This document shows positions 1 through 5,306 of a stretch of DNA of 5,386 nt, in pieces; position 1 is the first letter of the stretch, and each line of letters opens with the position of its first letter. Position numbers and translations under genes: made by a program. Origin of the DNA: an uncultured Gammaproteobacteria bacterium (GTDB taxonomy: Bacteria > Patescibacteriota > Microgenomatia > Daviesbacterales > UBA10151); contig CAZFVS010000075.1 of NCBI GenBank assembly GCA_964522265.1, forward strand, positions 1 through 5,386, in the 5' to 3' direction. Below the pieces are notes generated by a model. The model saw only the letters and a program-made list of their open reading frames with translations. It did no database searches and was not told the origin of the DNA.

Positions 1-65
1 CATTAATTAAGTGTGCCTAATCCTAGAAGGTTTTGTCAAATCCTGAACAATTACTGCCTGAAGGG

Positions 66-95
66 TTGACTTTTGGGCTATTTTAAGATTACAAT
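66..95 (+). promoter_or_regulatory. Candidate sigma70-type promoter for nusA-infB (TTGACT - 18 nt - TACAAT)
   Basis: TTGACT at 66..71 and TACAAT at 90..95 with an 18-nt spacer. It lies about 33 nt upstream of the GTG at 129. An SD-like GGGTGA at 116..121 sits 7 nt before that GTG. Motif match only. Confidence 0.4.
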
Positions 96-128
96 ATCAA
101 CTGTTACTCAGGAAAGGGTGAGATTAGG

Positions 129-1382
129 GTGGGCTTGCCCCACCTTTTTGTTTATATGCCGATACAAGCTAGAACAGAATTTGCAGCTGCTTTAAACCAA
201 ATCGCTTCTGAAAAAGGGATTGATACAGCAGTGGTAATAGATGCTATCGAACAGGCAGCTTTGGCTGCATACCGCAAAGACCTCTCTTATAGAAATGAAC
301 CAATCCCGGATGATTTTGATACTCTTTCAGCCAAAATCAACCCTTCTTCAGGTGAGATAGGGATTTATAGAGGTGAAGTTAACATCACCCCTCCGGGGTT
401 TGCCAGGATAGCGGCTCAAACAGCCAAGCAGGTGATTGCCCAAAAACTGCATGAAGCTGAAAAAGGGGCGATCATAGATGAATACGCCCAGAAGGTTAAT
501 ACGGTTATTTCAGGCGCCATACAAAGGCAGGAAGGCAACACTTATTTCGTAGATTTAGGCAGGGCAGAAGGGATTATGCCGCCATCCGAGCAGACCAGGA
601 ATGAATTTTACTCTCCAAACCAGCGCATGAAATTTTTCATTAAAGAGATTAGGGAGGATGGCAAGGGGTCTGAAGTGGTGGTGTCCCGCTCTGATCCGGC
701 ATTAGTCAAAGGGCTATTCGCCCTGGAGGTACCGGAAATCCAATCAGGTGCAGTGGAGATTAAAGATGTTGCCCGTGAAGCCGGGGGAAGAAGTAAGGTT
801 GCTGTTTTATCTCACCAGGATGGGGTTGATCCGGTGGGCAGTTTAGTCGGCCAGAAAGGGGTGAGGGTTCAAGCAGTCATAAATGAGCTCGGAGAGGAAA
901 AGATAGACATTATCGCCTATTCGGAAGATCCGGCCCATTTTATTGCCGCCGCGTTGTCTCCGGCTAAAGATATGCAGGTTATTTTAAATGAAGAGATAAA
1001 GGAGGCGAAGGTAAAACTGCCTGAGAACCAATTATCGCTTGCTATAGGTAAAGGCGGGCAAAACGTGAGATTGGCCGCCAAACTGACGGGTTGGAAAATT
1101 GATATTGAAGGTAATAGTGAAAGCAGTGACAAGTTGTCCGCCTCCGCCGAAGCTTCAGCGGGCAAGCAAGAGTCTAGTCGCCAAAGACCCGTTGCTTCGC
1201 CGCGAGGCGAGCGAACCTCGCCAATGGCGGGAGTCCAGGAAGAAAATGAAAAAAAAGAAGAAGTAGAAAAGGAGCCAAAGGATGAAGACATCAAAAGAGA
1301 GAAGAAAGAGAAAGCTAAAAAAGAGAAAAAACTGAAAAAAACACTTGAGGCTGATAAAGTAAGTGAAAAGAAAAAAGAATGA
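129..1382 (+). CDS. nusA: Transcription termination/antitermination factor NusA
   Basis: Long ORF with recognisable NusA architecture. N-terminal helix region: EFAAALNQIASEKGID...AAYRK. S1-like region: GAIQRQEGNTYFVDLGRAEGIMPPSEQ. KH1 with a GxxG motif: VGQKGVRVQAVINELGEEKIDII. KH2: LAIGKGGQNVRLAAKLTGWKIDI. It sits directly upstream of infB, as in most bacteria. The start is ambiguous: GTG 129 has the SD-like GGGTGA, while ATG 156 (MPIQARTEF...) has no SD but a more typical N-terminal length. Confidence 0.93.
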   Translation: MGLPHLFVYMPIQARTEFAAALNQIASEKGIDTAVVIDAIEQAALAAYRKDLSYRNEPIPDDFDTLSAKINPSSGEIGIYRGEVNITPPGFARIAAQTAKQVIAQKLHEAEKGAIIDEYAQKVNTVISGAIQRQEGNTYFVDLGRAEGIMPPSEQTRNEFYSPNQRMKFFIKEIREDGKGSEVVVSRSDPALVKGLFALEVPEIQSGAVEIKDVAREAGGRSKVAVLSHQDGVDPVGSLVGQKGVRVQAVINELGEEKIDIIAYSEDPAHFIAAALSPAKDMQVILNEEIKEAKVKLPENQLSLAIGKGGQNVRLAAKLTGWKIDIEGNSESSDKLSASAEASAGKQESSRQRPVASPRGERTSPMAGVQEENEKKEEVEKEPKDEDIKREKKEKAKKEKKLKKTLEADKVSEKKKE

Positions 1383-1465
1383 AAAGTTTATGAATTTTTT
1401 GCAACTCTTTAATTCTTAATTTCTAATCCTTGCTTTTTCAGATTCAATGTTGTCATTTTAAAAAT

Positions 1466-2968
1466 ATGGCAGAACAGACCAGACCGCCTATCGTAACAAT
1501 ATTAGGCCATGTTGATCATGGGAAGACCAGCCTGCTCGATTTTATCCGCAAATCAAGCGTGGCAGCGCGTGAACATGGAGGGATTACTCAACATATTGGT
1601 GCATATCAGGTTCGGATGTTAGAGGTCGGAAGTCAGAAATCAGAAAAAGAAACTGCAAACAACACTCCAGATACCAATCAGCTAATAACTTTTATAGACA
1701 CTCCGGGTCATGCTGCTTTTGAAAAGATGCGCTCAAGAGGGGCTAAAGTTGCTGACATCGCTGTACTGGTTGTGGCAGTAGATGATGGAGTGATGCCTCA
1801 AACAGTTGAAGCTATAAAACATATTTTGGAAGCCAAAATACCGATGATTGTAGCTTTAAACAAAATTGATCTGACAAGCATCGATATTAAGATCCAGACT
1901 GAAAAAATCAAAAAACAGCTGTCTGACCAGCAGGTTTTAGTTGAGCAGTATGGAGGCGATGTTCCGATCGTACCTGTTTCGGCAAAAACAGGGGTGGGGG
2001 TAGACAAGCTTTTGGAGATGATACTGCTGGTAGCAGAGCTGGGTGAGCTTAAAGGGGATCCTGATGCGCCGGTAACAGGAGTGGTGATTGAAGCCAGTAT
2101 TGACAAATTTAAAGGGCCAATTGCGACCCTGCTGATACGTAACGGTACTTTAAGGAAGGGGGGCCAAATAATGCTTGGCGGGGTTAAGAGTAAGATCAGA
2201 GGAATGTTTGATTTTGCGGGAAAACCTATTGACAGTGCAGGCCCCTCAGCGCCTGTTGAGGTATTGGGTTTGGAAAAAGTGCCTGAGGTTGGGGCGGTGT
2301 TAGGGGAAGAGTCAAGAGTTCAAGAGTCAAGTGAAACCAGATCTTTGATCGATAAACTGAGACAGGCTGATACAACAACTTTGAATGTGGTGATAAAAGC
2401 TGATAAACAGGGGTCACTGGAGGCAATTGAGGAAGCATTAAGCGGGTTTAATACCGAAGGTGAGCATGTAAAGGTTGTATCTACCGGGACAGGAGGCATT
2501 ATGGAATCAGATATAAAACTTGCTGCTTCAACAAGATCAATAGTAATAGGTTTTAACAGTCCTGTTGCGCCGACAGCTCAAAAAATTGCAGAGAATGAAC
2601 ATGTTTTAGTCAGGACTTATACCATAATTTATGAACTGATTGATGAAATAAAACAGGTGGTGGAGGAGATGTTAAAGGTAGGGGCGATTGAAGAGATTTT
2701 TGGGACCGCTCAGGTTATCGCTGAGTTTCCGTATGGTAAAAATGAGCGGATTGCAGGATGCAGAGTGTTGGATGGTCAGATTTCAAAAGGGCCAAAGGCA
2801 AGGGTTGTTAGGGGTGCGGCAGTTATCAGTGAAATGAAGATAAAGTCAATTAAAAAAGTCAAGGAAGAAGTAGTAAAGGTAGAAAAAGGGGATGAATGCG
2901 GGATGATGTTCGAGCCGCAGGTTGATTTCCAGATTGGGGATTTAGTGCAGAGTTTTAGAATATTATAG
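1466..2968 (+). CDS. infB: Translation initiation factor IF-2, short form beginning at the G domain
   Basis: RPPIVTILGHVDHGKTSLLD (P-loop), DTPGHAAF, NKID and SAK motifs in canonical order. These are followed by domain II, C1 (NVVIKADKQGSLEAI) and C2 (IAGCRVLDGQI...GDECGMMF...GDLV), collinear with bacterial IF-2. The ORF track opens at TTG 1430, but ATG 1466 (MAEQTRPP...) is 5 residues before the conserved RPP motif, so I prefer it. No SD precedes either start. Confidence 0.93.
   Translation: MAEQTRPPIVTILGHVDHGKTSLLDFIRKSSVAAREHGGITQHIGAYQVRMLEVGSQKSEKETANNTPDTNQLITFIDTPGHAAFEKMRSRGAKVADIAVLVVAVDDGVMPQTVEAIKHILEAKIPMIVALNKIDLTSIDIKIQTEKIKKQLSDQQVLVEQYGGDVPIVPVSAKTGVGVDKLLEMILLVAELGELKGDPDAPVTGVVIEASIDKFKGPIATLLIRNGTLRKGGQIMLGGVKSKIRGMFDFAGKPIDSAGPSAPVEVLGLEKVPEVGAVLGEESRVQESSETRSLIDKLRQADTTTLNVVIKADKQGSLEAIEEALSGFNTEGEHVKVVSTGTGGIMESDIKLAASTRSIVIGFNSPVAPTAQKIAENEHVLVRTYTIIYELIDEIKQVVEEMLKVGAIEEIFGTAQVIAEFPYGKNERIAGCRVLDGQISKGPKARVVRGAAVISEMKIKSIKKVKEEVVKVEKGDECGMMFEPQVDFQIGDLVQSFRIL
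2920..2956 (+). repeat. Left copy of a perfect 37-bp direct repeat (putative attL core), inside the infB 3' coding end
   Basis: GGTTGATTTCCAGATTGGGGATTTAGTGCAGAGTTTT at 2920..2956 is identical to 3839..3875, verified base by base at offset 919. Confidence 0.9.
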
Positions 2969-2974
2969 TATAAT
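2969..2974 (+). promoter_or_regulatory. Candidate -10 box (TATAAT) placed for a leaderless transcript of the 66-aa ORF
   Basis: Perfect TATAAT at 2969..2974, then 6 nt (AAAAAT), then ATG 2981. No SD is present. No convincing -35 element at 17 +/- 1 nt. Confidence 0.3.
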
Positions 2975-2980
2975 AAAAAT

Positions 2981-3181
2981 ATGGCTCTAGTTTGGGATTA
3001 TGACCAAAAAAAACTCCATAAAACCGAATCAGGCAAAATCTTACTGCTTGAAAGATTGATTAACTATGGCAGAGAGGGGAATAAGAGGATAAAACTGGAA
3101 GAAGTTAAAAAGCACTGGAGTAAATTACACCTCTTACCCCTCAGAAAGAAATTATTTCAGCTTCTAATATGGGGAAAATAA
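2981..3181 (+). CDS. Small basic protein (66 aa), putative partner/antitoxin of the downstream AbiEii-like nucleotidyltransferase
   Basis: The ORF overlaps the downstream gene by 13 nt (ATG 3169, TAA 3179..3181), which suggests translational coupling. By my count it has 16 K/R versus 7 D/E. The pattern WDYD..KL......LLERLINYG...W..L.L resembles, from memory only, small proteins found upstream of DUF1814 nucleotidyltransferases. It is far too short to be a canonical AbiEi. Confidence 0.6.
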   Translation: MALVWDYDQKKLHKTESGKILLLERLINYGREGNKRIKLEEVKKHWSKLHLLPLRKKLFQLLIWGK

Positions 3182-3825
3182 CTATTATTTCTTCTGAGCA
3201 AAAGCTATTACTTTCTGAATTTGCAGCAGACACATTTTTTAGTGCTAATTTTTATTTTTCCGGAGGGACTGCCCTATCTTTATATTATCTTAACCACCGT
3301 ATTTCAGTTGACCTGGATTTTTTTTCAGAACAAGAATTCAACTCTCAAACTATATTAACAAAATTAAATCTTTTAAAAAATAAATACCACTTTAAAATTG
3401 AGTATGTCCCGGCTGAAGAAACTCAAGTTTATATTTTAACTTTCCCTAAACAAAATGCAGTCAAGATAGATTTTGCATTTTATCCTTATAAAAGACTTAA
3501 ACCTTCAATTGTAAAAGATGGGGTTAAAGTTGACAGTTTATTTGATATTGCTGCCAATAAGTTATTGATGACAGAACAGAGAGCAGAAGTGAAAGATTTT
3601 GTTGACCTTTATTTTCTTTTAAAAAGATTTACAATTTGGGATTTAATAGGAGGAGTACATAAAAAGTTTGGATTAAAAACTGATCCGCTACTCATAGCTT
3701 CAAATTTTTTAAAGGTAGAGTCTTTTGAATATCTTCCTAAGATGATTTTGCCGTTAACTTTAGATGAGCTAAAAGATTATTTTAGAGATTTGGCAAAAAA
3801 AATTGGGGGTAAATTAGTTGAATGA
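3169..3825 (+). CDS. Nucleotidyltransferase, AbiEii/AbiGii (DUF1814) toxin family
   Basis: The N-terminal motif FSGGTALSLYYLNHRISVDLDFF matches the family signature GGTAL...R.S.DhDF. The C-terminal motif IAANKLLMTEQRAEVKDFVDLYFLL matches the K....R....D..DL signature. At 218 aa it is at the short end of the family. Confidence 0.85.
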   Translation: MGKITIISSEQKLLLSEFAADTFFSANFYFSGGTALSLYYLNHRISVDLDFFSEQEFNSQTILTKLNLLKNKYHFKIEYVPAEETQVYILTFPKQNAVKIDFAFYPYKRLKPSIVKDGVKVDSLFDIAANKLLMTEQRAEVKDFVDLYFLLKRFTIWDLIGGVHKKFGLKTDPLLIASNFLKVESFEYLPKMILPLTLDELKDYFRDLAKKIGGKLVE

Positions 3826-3887
3826 ATTTAGAATGTCTGGTTGATTTCCAGATTGGGGATTTAGTGCAGAGTTTTCGGACTCTTTGA
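3822..3887 (+). pseudogene. infB: Displaced 3' fragment of infB (probable original gene end); reads MNLECLVDFQIGDLVQSFRTL*
   Basis: In the frame of the repeat, 3840..3887 encodes VDFQIGDLVQSFRTL*, against VDFQIGDLVQSFRIL* at 2921..2968. Weaker similarity extends 18 nt upstream: ATG AAT TTA GAA TGT CTG versus ATG ATG TTC GAG CCG CAG, 10/18 identical, M-x-[L/F]-E retained. There is no upstream IF-2 coding sequence, so it is not a functional gene. Confidence 0.8.
3839..3875 (+). repeat. Right copy of the perfect 37-bp direct repeat (putative attR core)
   Basis: Identical to 2920..2956. It begins 13 nt after the stop codon of the nucleotidyltransferase gene. Confidence 0.9.
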
Positions 3888-3952
3888 GGAGTTTTGACAG
3901 TTACAAGAAAAGTTGATTAAAGTCAGAATCTCGTCAGAAAAAAGTGCCAATT

Positions 3953-3981
3953 TTGTCAAGTATTTTTGTAGGAATTAGATT
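3953..3981 (+). promoter_or_regulatory. Weak candidate promoter for the 164-aa ORF (TTGTCA - 17 nt - TAGATT)
   Basis: TTGTCA at 3953..3958 and TAGATT at 3976..3981. AGGAG at 3994..3998 lies 12 nt before ATG 4011. Motif match only. Confidence 0.25.
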
Positions 3982-4010
3982 ATAAATAGCGGCAGGAGAT
4001 TCATTGTCGT

Positions 4011-4505
4011 ATGTATCATGAAAAAGAAAGTGCTATATCAGCAGTACTAGCTGCCAATGCTCTAGTTCCTCCCGAACAATTTCAAATCTTGCAAGGTGCT
4101 ATTGGCCAGGAAGTCGCAATGGAATACCATTTTCGTAGAGATTATTCAGATGAAGCTGACGGAAATACACCGGATGATTTTGAAACAATAGAAAGGTTTA
4201 TTTTAAAAGACGTTAGTTTTGTTAGGCATCCGAGGACTAATCTCAAATATTTGGCTTTTTTTAGAAATGTTAAAGATGATGCAGTATATTTCCCTTATTG
4301 GAGTTCAGAGAATGTGTTTGGAGATTATACAAATGTGCAAATTTATAATCTACAGAATTCTTCCGGAGAAGTGCTATGGAGTTTTAATTCTCCCGGGGCG
4401 AGGATAACCACCAGGGGGAACCCGGCAACTAATGATGAAATTGGGCAGGCGATCATAGATTGTTCCGAAAGCATGTTAGCTTTAAAAGTAAAACAGGGAA
4501 AATAA
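4011..4505 (+). CDS. Hypothetical protein, 164 aa, no family recognised
   Basis: Uninterrupted 495-nt ORF with an AGGAG SD upstream. The residue mix is ordinary and not low-complexity. I see no signal peptide or TM segment and recognise no conserved motif. Confidence 0.65.
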   Translation: MYHEKESAISAVLAANALVPPEQFQILQGAIGQEVAMEYHFRRDYSDEADGNTPDDFETIERFILKDVSFVRHPRTNLKYLAFFRNVKDDAVYFPYWSSENVFGDYTNVQIYNLQNSSGEVLWSFNSPGARITTRGNPATNDEIGQAIIDCSESMLALKVKQGK

Positions 4506-4511
4506 TCTATG

Positions 4512-5294
4512 CTACGGTACAAATTCCAAAATCATTGGCAGATGGTCTGAAACTGTAACTTGCGGAACCTGAAATGTTATTACCTCAACATCTTTTGACA
4601 CAAAAGTGTAGTCCGCAAATTTTTGCTCATCAGGTTGGTTATAAAAAGGGCTTAACTTGCTTCTGGTCCTTTTTATATTAAACTCCTTGATTAAATCCCT
4701 AAGTTTATTTTCCAAAATAGCCATGCTTTTGGTTTGCGGCATTAAGTTAAAATCCCCGCAGATAATTTTTGCCCCTGTATGATTATCTGAAAATTTCAGG
4801 ATTCTTTCTAATTGTTTGATCCTGTCTTTGGTATCTAACTTATCTCCCGGGTACCAGATTCCATGACAATTGCAGATTAAAATTTTTTTACCGTTTACCC
4901 GGAAATTGACAAACTGTAAGTTAACCGGTGCGCCTTTGGTGTCATTTTCCAGATGGGCAAACCTTCTCCTGTACACAAAATAATCACCTTCATTGTCAAT
5001 TTTAATGCTTCTTTTAACAAACATGCCTAAACCTGAGGTTAAATTATATTTAGCCCTGCCCTTGTCATCTATCCCCTCAAAAGCAGGGTAATAAAATTTA
5101 TGGAAATCCAAAAAAAGATTTGAGAGATCCTGCCAAAGGTCAGCACGGATATCGTGGCTTAAATTTAGATGGTCTTTAGTATCAAATACTTCTTGGAAGC
5201 AGAAGATATCTATAGTTGAAATCTGTTGTGTCAGATACTCCATCAAAGGCCCAAAATCTTTACCTCCCCAAAGGTTCAATGATAAAAGTTTCAT
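4512..5294 (-). CDS. Endonuclease/exonuclease/phosphatase (EEP, DNase I-like fold) family protein
   Basis: The ordered EEP signature set is present: MKLLSLNLWGG (N), FCFQEV (catalytic E), CNCHG, ICGDFN (D, N) and VSDHLPMILEF (D-H). The ORF track opens at TTG 5309, but ATG 5294 (MKLLSLN...) gives the typical family N-terminus. No signal peptide. Confidence 0.85.
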   Translation of the reverse strand: MKLLSLNLWGGKDFGPLMEYLTQQISTIDIFCFQEVFDTKDHLNLSHDIRADLWQDLSNLFLDFHKFYYPAFEGIDDKGRAKYNLTSGLGMFVKRSIKIDNEGDYFVYRRRFAHLENDTKGAPVNLQFVNFRVNGKKILICNCHGIWYPGDKLDTKDRIKQLERILKFSDNHTGAKIICGDFNLMPQTKSMAILENKLRDLIKEFNIKRTRSKLSPFYNQPDEQKFADYTFVSKDVEVITFQVPQVTVSDHLPMILEFVP

Positions 5295-5300
5295 AGTCTG

Positions 5301-5306
5301 ATTATA
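5301..5306 (-). promoter_or_regulatory. Candidate -10 box (TATAAT on the minus strand) placed for a leaderless EEP transcript
   Basis: The minus strand reads GTTGTATAATCAGACTATGAAA: a perfect TATAAT, 6 nt, then ATG 5294. No SD. The nearest -35-like TTGGAA is 20 nt away, which is too far. Confidence 0.3.

Larger units (their letters stand above)
2957..3875 (+). mobile_element. Putative 919-bp integrated cassette (two genes, no recombinase) inserted in the infB 3' end
   Basis: Bracketed by the 37-bp direct repeats. A displaced second infB terminus lies at its right end. Sampled 60-nt lines inside it are 27-30% G+C (3181, 3301, 3601). Lines sampled in infB (1501, 2041, 2581, 2701) are 47, 53, 28 and 50%. 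Boundaries within the repeat are arbitrary. Confidence 0.6.

Noticed and set aside
31-39. 9-mer TTTTGTCAA shared between 31..39 and 3951..3959
   Set aside because: It is short, AT-rich and expected by chance. At most it is a generic -35-like element.
917-1294. 125-aa ORF on the minus strand inside nusA
   Set aside because: It is entirely antisense to the well-supported nusA ORF. Its sequence is low-complexity Ser/Phe-rich, mirroring the Lys/Glu tail. This is a shadow ORF.
1430-1465. TTG 1430 as the infB start, and TTG 5309 as the EEP start
   Set aside because: The extensions (MLFQIQCCHFKN and MYNQT) add non-conserved residues before typical family N-termini, and no SD precedes them. The in-frame ATGs at 1466 and 5294 are preferred but not proven.
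1459-1470. Identical 12-mer TAAAAATATGGC at the infB start (1459..1470) and at the 66-aa ORF start (2974..2985)
   Set aside because: About one chance 12-mer coincidence is expected among all position pairs in a 5.4-kb window under uniform composition, and more in AT-rich DNA. It may just reflect a shared A-rich, SD-less initiation context encoding Met-Ala.
1798-2106. 102-aa ORF on the minus strand inside infB
   Set aside because: It is antisense to the conserved IF-2 G domain, with no motifs, no SD and Ser/Thr-rich composition. This is a shadow ORF.
2310-2331. Imperfect tandem AGTCAAG-AGTTCAAG-AGTCAAG inside infB (ESRVQESSE)
   Set aside because: It is short and in frame, within the variable linker between IF-2 domains. 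This is most simply a small slippage-derived low-complexity patch.
2226-2438. 70-aa ORF on the minus strand inside infB
   Set aside because: It is antisense to IF-2 domain II/linker. The sequence is Pro/Leu-rich, typical of the reverse frame of a real gene.
2920-2956. Integron-type attC or gene-cassette interpretation of the repeats
   Set aside because: The repeat starts GTTGATT, which does not fit the GTTRRRY core. The repeats are direct copies of infB coding sequence rather than imperfect inverted attC structures. No intI or attI is in the window.
3878-3895. Possible intrinsic terminator after the displaced infB end (GACTC-TTTGAG-GAGTT followed by TT)
   Set aside because: The stem has only 4 Watson-Crick pairs plus one G:U, and the T-tract is very short. 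This is too weak to call.
4219-4407. 62-aa ORF on the + strand nested out of frame in the 164-aa ORF
   Set aside because: It is fully contained in a longer ORF that has an SD. There is no independent start signal.
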